Below are positions 9,592 through 19,232 of a DNA stretch of 64,000 bases, piece after piece. Under the pieces are notes generated by a model. The model did no database searches. It had not been told where the DNA came from and was given only the letters and a program-made list of their open reading frames with translations. Location of the stretch: assembly GCA_018499985.2 (NCBI GenBank), contig JAHBAT020000003.1, forward strand, positions 5,622 through 69,621, in the 5' to 3' direction. Origin of the DNA: Candidatus Moraniibacteriota bacterium. Lineage in GTDB: Bacteria; Patescibacteriota; Minisyncoccia; Moranbacterales; UBA1568. Both the position numbers and the translations under genes were made by a program. Numbering within the stretch: position 1 is the first letter of the stretch; the number at the start of each line of letters is the position of its first letter.

Positions 9592-10248
9592 TTATGCTCC
9601 TCTTTCAAGGAAAATTACCTCTGCTTTTTTGTCCTCTAAATCCTTCTTCTTAAACGTAAGCTTAGCTTGGGTGACGTCTCCACTGATACCCATAGCTTCA
9701 CAGAAGGCTTTTTTTGTACCAATTTTTGGTAGCGTCAAGCCATTCATAGCATAGTGCATAGGTATGACAATTTTTGGCTCTATTTTATGAATCAAATCCA
9801 CCGCCTCTTCTACTGAAAGAGTATCTTCTCCTCCAATAGGAAGGAAGAGTACGTCTATCTGAGAGAGCTTATCAAACATTTCTGGAGAGGGGCTATGACC
9901 AAGCGCTCCCAAGAAAACTACATGGATATCTTCTGTGTCAAAGGTAAAAAAAGTATTTTGGCCTCTTTCTGCGCCCAAAACACTATCTCTATAGCTCAAA
10001 AATCCCTGAAAAGGAATATTCAGAGCCGAGTACTCGCCTGGAATATCAAGACAAACCGTACTATTTTTAAAATCTTCTAAGATAGCTCTCTGATGGCTCA
10101 ATAAAAGCACATTTGGAACACCTTGTGGTGAACGAAGACCTGCTCCTTTGGGCAATGGGTCCGTCCAAAGGACAACGTCTTCTGTGGCTCGGCCACCTGG
10201 TTTTGTCGTTATTTTAAAGCAAAAATCTCCGTAATACTGAATGATCAT
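9592..10248 (-). CDS. Metallo-beta-lactamase-fold protein (Lactamase_B_3-like) with a degenerate metal motif
   Basis: IQYYGDFCFKI, TDP, IPGEY, IDVLFLPIGG, PKIVIPMHY. Confidence 0.8.
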   Translation of the reverse strand: MIIQYYGDFCFKITTKPGGRATEDVVLWTDPLPKGAGLRSPQGVPNVLLLSHQRAILEDFKNSTVCLDIPGEYSALNIPFQGFLSYRDSVLGAERGQNTFFTFDTEDIHVVFLGALGHSPSPEMFDKLSQIDVLFLPIGGEDTLSVEEAVDLIHKIEPKIVIPMHYAMNGLTLPKIGTKKAFCEAMGISGDVTQAKLTFKKKDLEDKKAEVIFLERGA

Positions 10249-10366
10249 ACCGTAAAAAAAGTTGTTTACTGGGGTAGTTTAGCATAAAAATAGGCTCAAT
10301 GTCTACGCAAAAAAACCCTCTTTTCCTTTAAAAAGGCTTTTTGTTGAACAAAAACACTCTTCACCC

Positions 10367-10395
10367 TTGCCAAAAAAGAGAATTTGGGCTATTCT
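10367..10395 (+). promoter_or_regulatory. Promoter of rpsA followed by a ~180-nt hairpin-rich leader
   Basis: TTGCCA-17-TATTCT. Confidence 0.6.
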
Positions 10396-10583
10396 ATGAG
10401 GGCTTTATATTTTACTTTGCGTAAAGGTATAAAGATGTCTCATGTAATTTCAGTTTAATTACAACTGAATAAAGAAATGCTTTAATTTCTTTTTTAGACC
10501 TTTACTGGCCTAGTTTACCTGAGTCTCCCTTTTTGTGGAGCTTTTTTTATAAATTATTTAATTATTAATCATCACAAATTATT

Positions 10584-11726
10584 ATGACTACTCCTGATAT
10601 TCTCTCTCCTATGGGAGCTCTTCTTGAAAAGCACCTTTTAGAAATTCCTGAGATTGGTGACGTTGTGCCGGGAACAGTTATTCATGTTGCCTCATCTTTT
10701 GCTCTTATTGATCTTGGAGGTCTTGGTACCGGTATTGTTCTTGGTAAAGAAATGCGCGATGGACTCGGCATGGAAGGCAAACTAAAAGTAGGTAGCCAAG
10801 TAAGTGCTACTTTGATGAACTTCGAAAACGAAGATGGCTACATAGAGCTCTCTATTCGCGAAGCTTCTTATGAGAAGTCTTGGGAAGATATCGAAAACAA
10901 GCTTACCTCTCGAGAATCAGTTACCACAAAAATTACTGATGCTAACAAGGGTGGTCTTATGGTAGAAATCAATGGTATTGCAGGATTCTTGCCTGTTTCA
11001 CAGCTAGCAAGCGAGCACTATCCTCGCGTTGAAGATGGTGACAAAAACAAGATTCTTGATCTTCTCAAAAAACTTACCGGCCAAGAGGTAGTTGTGCGTA
11101 TTCTTGATGCTGATCGTGAAAGCGAAAAACTTATCGTGAGTGAAAAGGCTGCTCAAAGTGAAAAAGAGCGTGAACTTATCAACCTTTTCCAAATTGGAGA
11201 CATCGTGGAAGGTGAAGTAAGTGGCGTTGTAGATTTTGGAGCTTTCGTAAAATTTGCACCAAAGACAGATGCCCAAGGCAAGACTTCTCACGAAAAACTC
11301 GAGGGACTTGTTCATATCTCTGAGCTTGCCTGGCAACTCATTGATGATCCTCGTGAAATGATTAAAACTGGGGATACCGTTCAGGCTAAAATTATCGGCA
11401 TTGAAGAAACTCGTATTTCACTTTCTATGAAGGCTCTCAAGGAAGATCCTTGGACAACTGTTGATCAGAAGTATAAGACTGGTGATATCGTAGAAGGAAA
11501 AGTTGATAAAATTAATCATTTTGGAGCTTTTGTTTATCTTGATGAAGATATTCACGGACTTGCTCACGTCAGCGAATTTCAAGAGGTCTACCCTGGTCGC
11601 AAGATCGAAGAAGTTTTCCAGGAGGGTCAATCCTACAGCTGGAAAATTCTTTCTATCGAAGCCAAGACTCATCGCATGGGACTTCTCCCGGTAAAAGACG
11701 GTGCAGCAAAAGAAATCACTGCTTAA
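10584..11726 (+). CDS. rpsA: 30S ribosomal protein S1 (four S1 domains)
   Basis: Repeated S1 motifs (GFLPVSQL, DFGAFV, GLVHISEL, HFGAFV). Confidence 0.92.
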   Translation: MTTPDILSPMGALLEKHLLEIPEIGDVVPGTVIHVASSFALIDLGGLGTGIVLGKEMRDGLGMEGKLKVGSQVSATLMNFENEDGYIELSIREASYEKSWEDIENKLTSRESVTTKITDANKGGLMVEINGIAGFLPVSQLASEHYPRVEDGDKNKILDLLKKLTGQEVVVRILDADRESEKLIVSEKAAQSEKERELINLFQIGDIVEGEVSGVVDFGAFVKFAPKTDAQGKTSHEKLEGLVHISELAWQLIDDPREMIKTGDTVQAKIIGIEETRISLSMKALKEDPWTTVDQKYKTGDIVEGKVDKINHFGAFVYLDEDIHGLAHVSEFQEVYPGRKIEEVFQEGQSYSWKILSIEAKTHRMGLLPVKDGAAKEITA

Positions 11727-11731
11727 ATCAA

Positions 11732-11761
11732 AAAACATCCTGAGTCTTCTCAGGATGTTTT
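11732..11761 (+). terminator. Intrinsic terminator after rpsA
   Basis: AAAAACATCCTGAG-TCTT-CTCAGGATGTTTT. Confidence 0.8.
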
Positions 11762-11782
11762 CTTAAACAAGTTCAGTCCTTT

Positions 11783-12340
11783 ATGAAAAATGTTTTTATT
11801 ATTTCTGGCCCTTCTGGATCCGGCCAAGATAGCATCATTGAAAATCTAGCCCTAGAACTCCCTCTCAAGCGAGTCATCACTACTACCACTCGACCAAAAA
11901 GATCTACTGAATCAGAAGGCAATCCCTATCACTTCGTTTCTCTTGAAACATTTGACGCCATGCGTCAGGAAAATCTTTTTTTGGAATGCGCTCAAACCTA
12001 CAATGGTGAATGGTACGGTGTAACCAAGAAAGAGCTCTTAGAAACAACCTCTAACCATAAAATAGTCATCTGGAAAGTGGATCATAAAGGCGTTGCCAAG
12101 ATAAAAAGTCTTTTTCCTGAAATCATCGCCTTTTTCATAGAGGTTCCTCCGGAAATACTCCGAAAAAGACTCGAAGCAAGAGATAATCCATCTTCAGCAT
12201 ACCTTGAAGACCGTATGCGCTACACAGAAGATTGGCAAGTAAATAGACACCTCTATGACTACTGCATCAAAAATGAAAACGGCAAACTCAAAGAAGCCGT
12301 CCATCAAATTAAAGAAATTATCCAAAAAAATCTTTCCTAA
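11783..12340 (+). CDS. gmk: Guanylate kinase
   Basis: ISGPSGSGQD P-loop, TTTTRPKR..E..G.PYHFVS, WYGVT. Confidence 0.93.
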   Translation: MKNVFIISGPSGSGQDSIIENLALELPLKRVITTTTRPKRSTESEGNPYHFVSLETFDAMRQENLFLECAQTYNGEWYGVTKKELLETTSNHKIVIWKVDHKGVAKIKSLFPEIIAFFIEVPPEILRKRLEARDNPSSAYLEDRMRYTEDWQVNRHLYDYCIKNENGKLKEAVHQIKEIIQKNLS

Positions 12341-13310
12341 AAGGGAGCGCCTACACTCTTTTGAGAAAAAAATTCTGGATTTTTCTCACAAAGAAAAACT
12401 GTGGCAGCCGAAAGAATCTCTTTTGTTGGCCGTTTCTGGTGGCCCAGATAGTATTGGCCTTCTCTTTGTTATGCTTACCTTAGCCAAAAAAGAAGATCTT
12501 ATTCTTTCTCTTGCGCATATTGATCACAATATACGAGAAAAAGAGTCCCTCAAAGACGCTCTTTTTGTGGAGAATCTAGCCAAAAAATACTCTCTCCCTT
12601 TCTACAAAACTACTCTTCCGAAGAAAAAATCTCCTTCCGAAGAAAATCTTCGCACTCTTCGCTATGCCTTTTTAGAAAAACTTCAGTCTCTCCACTCCTT
12701 TGACCATATTGTCCTTGGACACCATGCCGATGATCAGGCTGAAACATTTTTACTTCGTCTTCTTAGGGGATCTGGCTTAGATGGGCTCAAAAGCATGCAG
12801 CCTCGTAATGGTCTCTATATTCGCCCCCTTCTCTCTGTTTGGAAAAAGGATATCCTTACATATCTTAAGGAAAAGAGCATTCCGTACAGAGTCGATAAAA
12901 CCAATAAAGAAAATCTCTACTTTAGAAATAAAGTCCGCAATCAACTCATCCCGTATCTTGAAAAAAACTATCAACCCAATATAAAGACCCTTCTTGTTCA
13001 AACCACTGAACTTCTAAGGGAGAGTACCGCTCCTCAAATCACTATTCCGTCCGTAGGCATCCTTTGTACCAAGGATGGCCTTACTTTTTCTCTTGCTTCA
13101 TTCCAAGCGCTGGCCCAAGAAGAGAAATCTCTTTTCCTGCGAAAAATACTTGCCACATTTCTTCCTCAGCCCGTTTCTCGAAAACTCTTACTCGAAATAC
13201 TAAAAACGCTTGAAAGCACTAAAAACAAAACTCAACTGATGACATTTCATGGCTTGAAACTAAGCAAAAAAGGTGTTACAGTGACCCTACAGAAAAATCT
13301 TTCTGATTAA
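12255..13310 (+). CDS. tilS: tRNA(Ile)-lysidine synthetase (start codon uncertain)
   Basis: AVSGGPDS PP-loop, R.LRY, GHHADDQAET, IRPLL, RNKVR. Confidence 0.93.
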   Translation: MTTASKMKTANSKKPSIKLKKLSKKIFPKRERLHSFEKKILDFSHKEKLWQPKESLLLAVSGGPDSIGLLFVMLTLAKKEDLILSLAHIDHNIREKESLKDALFVENLAKKYSLPFYKTTLPKKKSPSEENLRTLRYAFLEKLQSLHSFDHIVLGHHADDQAETFLLRLLRGSGLDGLKSMQPRNGLYIRPLLSVWKKDILTYLKEKSIPYRVDKTNKENLYFRNKVRNQLIPYLEKNYQPNIKTLLVQTTELLRESTAPQITIPSVGILCTKDGLTFSLASFQALAQEEKSLFLRKILATFLPQPVSRKLLLEILKTLESTKNKTQLMTFHGLKLSKKGVTVTLQKNLSD

Positions 13311-13325
13311 TTTTTTACACTCTCT

Positions 13326-15149
13326 ATGGATAAATACATCAAAAATCTCACCCCTTATTTTTTCCTTTTTCTGCTCCTTTTTGGGATTATCGTTCTTTAT
13401 CAAGGACCATCAACAAAAGTAAAAGATGTCTCTTTAAATGAGCTTGTCGGTCAGATTAATGAAGGCAAGGTAGCCTCAATAACCGTAGAACAAAATGTCT
13501 TAGATATCACCCTTCAAGACAAAACCAAACAAAAAGCCTCTAAAGAAAGTGAGGCCTCTCTTTCTGAAACTCTCACAAACTACGGTGTCGTCACAGAAAA
13601 ACTCAACGCCGTAAATGTCACCGTCAAAGAACCTTCTGGATTTTCATTTTGGGCAGCCACTCTCCTTCCTTTTCTTTTGCCTTTTTTTCTGATCGCTCTT
13701 TTTCTTTGGTTTATGCTCAAGCAGGCAGGCAAAGGCAATTCCCAAGCCCTCTCTTTTGGTATGAGCAAGGCTCGCCTTCTTGACCCCGAAGACAAAAAGA
13801 AGCGTATTACTTTTAAGGATATTGCTGGTTCAATGGAAGCCAAGAAGGAGCTTGAGGAAGTCGTTGATTTTCTCAAGCAACCAAAGAAGTTTCTTGATAT
13901 GGGAGCAAAAATTCCTAAGGGTGTACTTCTTCTTGGATCTCCAGGAACCGGTAAAACTCTTATGGCAAAAGCTGTAGCTGGTGAAGCGGGAGTTCCCTTT
14001 TTCAATATCAGTGGTTCAGAATTTGTGGAAATGTTTGTAGGTGTTGGAGCAAGTCGTGTGCGTGATCTTTTTAAACAGGCCAAGAAAAGTGCTCCAGCTA
14101 TTGTTTTTATCGATGAAATTGATGCTGTTGGCCGTCATCGTGGAGCTGGTCTTGGCGGAGGACACGATGAAAGAGAGCAGACACTCAATCAAATCCTCGT
14201 AGAAATGGATGGTTTTGAAACAGAAACAAGCGTGATTGTCATTGCAGCTACTAATCGTCCAGATGTTCTTGATCCTGCCCTTCTTCGTCCAGGCCGCTTC
14301 GATAGACGTGTTACTATGGATCTGCCTGATATCAACGACCGAGAACAAATTCTTATTATTCACAGTAAGAACAAGCCCCTCGAAGAAAATATCAATCTTC
14401 GCACCATTGCTGAAAGAACTCCAGGATTTTCAGGTGCCGATCTAGCCAACCTCTTGAATGAAGCAGCTATCCTTGCTACCCGAAGAGAAAAAACTATTAT
14501 TGGCATAGATGAGCTCACTGAATCTATTGAAAAAGTAATTCTTGGACCAGAGCGTCGTAGCCGTGTAATTAATCCAGAAGAGAAGAAAATCGTAGCCTAC
14601 CATGAAGCTGGGCATGCTCTTGTCGGAGCGAGTCTTCCTCTTGCTGATCCTGTTCAAAAGGTTTCTATTATCTCTCGTGGAAGTGCTGGTGGCTACACTC
14701 TAGCTGTGCCAGCAGAAGACAAAACACTTCATTCAAGAGAATATTATTACGATGAGCTCGCTATGCTTCTTGGGGGATACGCTAGTGAAAAACTTATATT
14801 TTCCGATATCACCACTGGTCCATCTAACGACCTTGAACGCGCCACGCAAATGGCTCGCAATATGGTTACTCGTTATGGTATGAGCCGTCTTGGTGCCCGT
14901 ACATTTGGCAAAAAAGAGGAGCTCGTCTTTCTTGGACGTGAAATGCATGAAGAAAAAAACTACTCCGAAAAAACAGCTGAGGCAATCGATAACGAAGTTT
15001 CACGACTTATTGATGAAGCTTTCAAACGAGCTACCGACATCCTTATCCAAAGAAAGTCTACCCTTACCCTTCTTGCTGAAACTCTCTTAGAAAAAGAAAC
15101 TATTGAAAAGGCCGAATTTGATAAGCTTGTCAGTATACAAACTGTTTAG
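13326..15149 (+). CDS. ftsH: ATP-dependent zinc metalloprotease FtsH
   Basis: Two TM segments, [33 protein letters not shown]. Confidence 0.98.
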   Translation: MDKYIKNLTPYFFLFLLLFGIIVLYQGPSTKVKDVSLNELVGQINEGKVASITVEQNVLDITLQDKTKQKASKESEASLSETLTNYGVVTEKLNAVNVTVKEPSGFSFWAATLLPFLLPFFLIALFLWFMLKQAGKGNSQALSFGMSKARLLDPEDKKKRITFKDIAGSMEAKKELEEVVDFLKQPKKFLDMGAKIPKGVLLLGSPGTGKTLMAKAVAGEAGVPFFNISGSEFVEMFVGVGASRVRDLFKQAKKSAPAIVFIDEIDAVGRHRGAGLGGGHDEREQTLNQILVEMDGFETETSVIVIAATNRPDVLDPALLRPGRFDRRVTMDLPDINDREQILIIHSKNKPLEENINLRTIAERTPGFSGADLANLLNEAAILATRREKTIIGIDELTESIEKVILGPERRSRVINPEEKKIVAYHEAGHALVGASLPLADPVQKVSIISRGSAGGYTLAVPAEDKTLHSREYYYDELAMLLGGYASEKLIFSDITTGPSNDLERATQMARNMVTRYGMSRLGARTFGKKEELVFLGREMHEEKNYSEKTAEAIDNEVSRLIDEAFKRATDILIQRKSTLTLLAETLLEKETIEKAEFDKLVSIQTV

Positions 15150-15162
15150 CACTGCTTGATTC

Positions 15163-15191
15163 TTGATTTAAAGGACGTCCTTTGGTATGCT
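15163..15191 (+). promoter_or_regulatory. Promoter of the tRNA-Val locus with a 14-bp palindrome in the spacer
   Basis: TTGATT-17-TATGCT; AAAGGACGTCCTTT at 15170-15183. Confidence 0.55.
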
Positions 15192-15281
15192 AGTTCATGA
15201 ACTCTTTGTTCAAATATTTAGCTCCAAAGGATTTCCTTTATAAACAAAGGCTCTGGCTCAAATAATAAGAGCGCTACATTG

Positions 15282-15415
15282 ATCCGGCACCACACTGAAT
15301 TCTATGCATGACTAAGAGTCTGTAGCTCAGCTGGTTAGAGCGCTACATTGACATTGTAGAGGTCCCCAGTTCGAATCTGGGCAGACTCACAAATGTTTTC
15401 AGTGTGGTGCTGGAT
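15282..15415. repeat. 18-bp inverted repeat enclosing tRNA-Val(GAC)
   Basis: ATCCGGCACCACACTGAA (15282-15299) versus TTCAGTGTGGTGCTGGAT (15398-15415); one G-U pair. Confidence 0.85.
15316..15389 (+). tRNA. tRNA-Val(GAC)
   Basis: Cloverleaf: GAGTCTG/CAGACTC acceptor, CTACA-TTGACAT-TGTAG anticodon arm, TTCGAAT T-loop. Confidence 0.95.
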
Positions 15416-15470
15416 AGAAGTCTCCTCTTTTTGATTAGAAACTTACTCAGTTTTACTCAGCGGATAGATA

Positions 15471-15496
15471 AAAAGACTCCCTTTTGGGAGTCTTTT
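15471..15496. terminator. Bidirectional intrinsic terminator
   Basis: AAAAGACTCCC-TTTT-GGGAGTCTTTT. Confidence 0.8.
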
Positions 15497-15501
15497 ACAT
15501 T

Positions 15502-16572
15502 TTAAGTTGGGGGAAGTGAATATTTATATGGAGGTGGTGAAGGCGTACCGCCTGTAGTCGTATTAACCTGGTTTAGTCTATCATTTACTATTCCTGCAGC
15601 TGGACCCACTACAGACTGCACCTTATTGATTTCACCGCTGATTTGACGATCAACATTGATAATCTCTCTTCGGATTTTATTTTGAATATCTCCTACACCC
15701 TTTTGTACCAAGTTTGATACCGTACGATTAACCACTGATACCACGACTCCGGAAAGGAACTCTCCTGGATTATCAGCGCCCACAATTATCTTATTACCCA
15801 AAGTAGTAACATCATTCACAAGACTCTCGATAGAGCCTGCTGGAGTAATGATATTACCATCCTTATCAGTGCCCGGTAAGAATCCAGAAGACTGTGCTTT
15901 AATCTCTTGTTCTCTGAGCGTCCTTTCGTATTCTGCATTATATGTACCCTCTGCAAGCAAAGCTATACCTATAGGATTATTGGCGCTGTTATTAAAAAGA
16001 CATCCGATTGCCTTTGTGCCAGCATTACCGGCTTGAATAGCTAGCCTTGGATCATTACCACCAGTACTACACTCTGCAAAATTATTTGCTTGAACATTTT
16101 TACGAGCAGCGACAGTATCTCGAACAATTTTCTCTAAGTAAGCATCATAACTCCCTCCTTTGTTTAGACCACTCACTTCACCATTGGCAACGTAGTTAGC
16201 ACTTGCCCCCTTTCCGCGGAGTGTTTGTGTCAAAAGATCCCCCACTACTGCCTGCTCTGCATTTTGCTCTGCTGTTTTAGTGAGGAGCTCACGAAAATCT
16301 GTAATAATTTTTGGCTGAGAACCATCCCCTCCTACAAATTGCATCACCTGAGTATTGAGAAGTTGCACAGCGGCTACTTTTAAAGTTCCAAGCAATGCAC
16401 CTTCAATGGTACGTGAGATATTTTCCATAGTCTGCTTCATAATAGAAGCAGCGATAGCTTCACCCCAAGCTCCAGCATGAACAGGTGTAGCCGGAAGAGC
16501 AAAGAGCCCTAAAGCTAAAACTAGTACTACCTGTGTTCGTAAAAATTTTTCTTTTACTTTTTTCAGTATCAT
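15502..16572 (-). CDS. Hypothetical secreted helical protein
   Basis: Signal peptide ending PVHA; 356 aa. Confidence 0.75.
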   Translation of the reverse strand: MILKKVKEKFLRTQVVLVLALGLFALPATPVHAGAWGEAIAASIMKQTMENISRTIEGALLGTLKVAAVQLLNTQVMQFVGGDGSQPKIITDFRELLTKTAEQNAEQAVVGDLLTQTLRGKGASANYVANGEVSGLNKGGSYDAYLEKIVRDTVAARKNVQANNFAECSTGGNDPRLAIQAGNAGTKAIGCLFNNSANNPIGIALLAEGTYNAEYERTLREQEIKAQSSGFLPGTDKDGNIITPAGSIESLVNDVTTLGNKIIVGADNPGEFLSGVVVSVVNRTVSNLVQKGVGDIQNKIRREIINVDRQISGEINKVQSVVGPAAGIVNDRLNQVNTTTGGTPSPPPYKYSLPPT

Positions 16573-16575
16573 AGA

Positions 16576-17553
16576 CTAAAGTTCAAGAGGAATAGTATCT
16601 ATTTCATATTTTTTGAGAGCGCCTTGTACATCATCCACAAACTGAGCCGTAACACCCAAAAGAGCCTGCATACGAGAAAGCGCCGCTATCTGCCCAATCG
16701 GATCATCTCCATCTGTTTTGATATCTTTCTTAAGCGAAGCTGCGTACAATCCCATCTTGAGTGCTTTTACATGAATATCAAGCATGGCCTCTGGCACTTC
16801 TACTTTTTTACTTTCATCCAGTATTTTTTGCCCTCTTTCTGCCAAAGCATTTGTAGCTTCCACATTACCATTTGCGAGTCCAAGGATCGCCTGACTTGAA
16901 AGACTATTCATTACTCCCCCAAACTGATCCTCTGTATTAAATTGTGAAGGAGAGTTATTAGCTACAATATATGACATCACTGTAAGGTACTCCAAAACAT
17001 CTTTTTTTTCTTGAGACTTTCTTTCTTTTTCTTTCAAGTTTTTTGAAGGTGCTTTTTTAATTTTAATCTCCTTCATATCAACCTCTGGAAGAATAACCTC
17101 TGTATTGTTACCACTCATAGCCTGTTCAACAGCACTATTGATTTGATCAAAAGTTACCTCTTTATTGTCATCTGTAACACCAGAAAGAACTCCTGCTATT
17201 TGAACAGAGACTTTGTTTGTAAGATTATCTTCCGGTGCACTTGATACACTCTCTTTCGCCTTATCTTCAATCTTTACTATTCTATCTCCAGGAGCCGGAA
17301 CCAAAGGATTGTAACCACTTTCGATTTCTACACCATCTGAATATCCGTCTCCATCTGTATCTGCCTTGTTGGCATCAGTACCGTAGAGCTTTTCTTCCTG
17401 AAGAGAAAGATTATCCTGATCAGCATCTACAAAAATATTTTTACCACTTGTTTGAGATTCTCCACGGACAGCATAAAAAGTACACCCGAAAAAGAGAACT
17501 AGAAACAAAAGAAAAGTTTTTCGCTCTTTAAATAAAGAAAATATAAATGACAT
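16576..17553 (-). CDS. Membrane-anchored protein with TSP3-like Ca-binding DxDxDG repeats
   Basis: DADQDNLS..EE..YGTD...ADTDGDGYSDGVEI..GYNP; start trimmed to ATG 17553. Confidence 0.75.
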   Translation of the reverse strand: MSFIFSLFKERKTFLLFLVLFFGCTFYAVRGESQTSGKNIFVDADQDNLSLQEEKLYGTDANKADTDGDGYSDGVEIESGYNPLVPAPGDRIVKIEDKAKESVSSAPEDNLTNKVSVQIAGVLSGVTDDNKEVTFDQINSAVEQAMSGNNTEVILPEVDMKEIKIKKAPSKNLKEKERKSQEKKDVLEYLTVMSYIVANNSPSQFNTEDQFGGVMNSLSSQAILGLANGNVEATNALAERGQKILDESKKVEVPEAMLDIHVKALKMGLYAASLKKDIKTDGDDPIGQIAALSRMQALLGVTAQFVDDVQGALKKYEIDTIPLEL

Positions 17554-17647
17554 ATTTTTTGTTTTTTCTATTATATCACTCGTAGCTACATCTTTCAAAA
17601 TATTTTCTCTACCCGCAATATTACCAATATTTATTATGCAATATAAA

Positions 17648-18997
17648 TTATTTATTGTCAAGTACTAATGTATTCACACTTCCCAAGGCTAAGAAGATCC
17701 AAAAAAGGAAAATTCCCTGCGGAAGAGTAAAGAAATAATGATCTCCTAAAGCCAGGATTAGGATAAATACTATCATCAACTGTGATCCACATCTCTGTTT
17801 CACGTGAAACATTTTTTTTGAAGAGGAGAAGAGTACACCTAAAAAAAGATACGTGTAGACAAGAAGCCCAAAAATACCCAACTCCCCCAAAACTATCAGA
17901 AGGCCGCTATGGACAGGTTGCATGACCCATGGATTCATTGAGGCTTTTAAAGATAGCTCTTGGTAGAAATAACTTGTTCCGATACCATTTCCAAAAAATG
18001 TCACTGCGTTTGTCTTGGCATATTCAATAAGGGAAAATTCTCTTTCATTAAAACTTTTTTGATTCAAAAAAATAATTATTCCAAAAATAACTATGGCCAG
18101 AATCAGATGTTTCACGTGAAACATATTTCTGTATTTCTCTTTTGTTTCACGTGAAACACTAAGTAAATAAAGGATTCCCCCTAAAATTAGGGCCACTTTT
18201 GAAAATGTTAGAAATAAAGCGATGCTTATGAAAAAGATTCCTAATTGTTTCACGTGAAACATACTAGTAAGTCTACTCCATTTTGTTTCACGTGAAACAA
18301 AAAAGTCTCTGAAAAGAAATGCCATTGTTAAAGTAAGCAATAGAAAAGCCGCCAAAACATTTGGATGAGGAAAAAGACCATAAGCTCGCAGTATTTTATC
18401 ACCAAAAAAGTTTATTGTAGCAATATTTTGAGATCCAATCTGCAAATGACTTTCACCCAAAAAATATAAATACACATCTCTCTGGGCAAAAAATTGCAAA
18501 ATCGCAATAAAAGCATTAAATAGGGCCGAAATATACAGACTCTCTAAAAATAACTGGAAATAATTAGTAAATTTCCATGTTTCACGTGAAACAATCTTAT
18601 TTTCTTGTTTCACGTGAAACAAGAAAAGAGTGATTATTCCATAATAAAGAATAATTGCTTCAAAATAAAAAAGAGTATGCCTAAGAGAAAGGGTTTTATC
18701 AGGAGAAAAAATAATTGAGAGTAGACTCAAAATCAAAACAGTTAGGGGAGCAAGTATCTGTATTCTGTTTTGTTTCACGTGAAACATTTCCCGTATACTT
18801 GACAATAGTATACTTTCATTGTATATTATTATGAAAAGTATGACGAGGAATGCTATATCGAATGCGTAGATCGATATATCTAAATATTCACTATAAAAAA
18901 GGCTTCCGAGAACATTCGGGATCAAAACATACTGCACATTCAAGAGAAAGCTTATCCCTAAGAAAATCAGGCTGATTTTTTTGAAAAAAATACTCAC
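17648..18997 (-). CDS. O-antigen ligase (Wzy_C)-family polytopic membrane protein containing eight parS sites
   Basis: LRAYGLFPHPNVLAAF, LFLTFSK, FFGNGIG, QPVHSGLLIVLGELGIFG, GDHYF; repeated MFHVKQ and VSRET peptides. Confidence 0.85.
   Translation of the reverse strand: MSIFFKKISLIFLGISFLLNVQYVLIPNVLGSLFYSEYLDISIYAFDIAFLVILFIIIYNESILLSSIREMFHVKQNRIQILAPLTVLILSLLSIIFSPDKTLSLRHTLFYFEAIILYYGIITLFLFHVKQENKIVSRETWKFTNYFQLFLESLYISALFNAFIAILQFFAQRDVYLYFLGESHLQIGSQNIATINFFGDKILRAYGLFPHPNVLAAFLLLTLTMAFLFRDFFVSRETKWSRLTSMFHVKQLGIFFISIALFLTFSKVALILGGILYLLSVSRETKEKYRNMFHVKHLILAIVIFGIIIFLNQKSFNEREFSLIEYAKTNAVTFFGNGIGTSYFYQELSLKASMNPWVMQPVHSGLLIVLGELGIFGLLVYTYLFLGVLFSSSKKMFHVKQRCGSQLMIVFILILALGDHYFFTLPQGIFLFWIFLALGSVNTLVLDNK
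17796..18786. promoter_or_regulatory. parS: parS cluster: 8 perfect TGTTTCACGTGAAACA palindromes
   Basis: Sites start at 17796, 18108, 18143, 18246, 18284, 18578, 18606 and 18771; exact match to the widely conserved ParB/Spo0J-binding consensus; ~21 kb from oriC. Confidence 0.93.
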
Positions 18998-19102
18998 AGG
19001 TGTATAGTTATTAGCTTAATCTTACGCTTATCAAAGGCCAAAAACAAGCATTGACTAAAAAAGTATATTACCGGATAATAAGGTGTACCAAATTATAGAA
19101 GA

Positions 19103-19175
19103 GGGCCTTTAGCTCATCTGGTAGAGCGCTCCCATGGCATGGGAGAGGTGAGCGGTTCGAGTCCGCTAAGGTCCA
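19103..19175 (+). tRNA. tRNA-Ala(GGC)
   Basis: GGGCCTT/AAGGTCC acceptor with G3:U70; CTCCC-ATGGCAT-GGGAG. Confidence 0.95.
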
Positions 19176-19232
19176 CACTGATTGTGTATACGTCTGTATA
19201 AGTATATATTTTTCTTTATTAGAGCCATAAAT

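Noticed and set aside
17796-18786. CRISPR array or protein tandem repeat
   Set aside because: The repeat is a 16-bp palindrome with irregular spacing (28 to ~310 bp), read in two different frames, with no cas genes nearby; it matches parS exactly.
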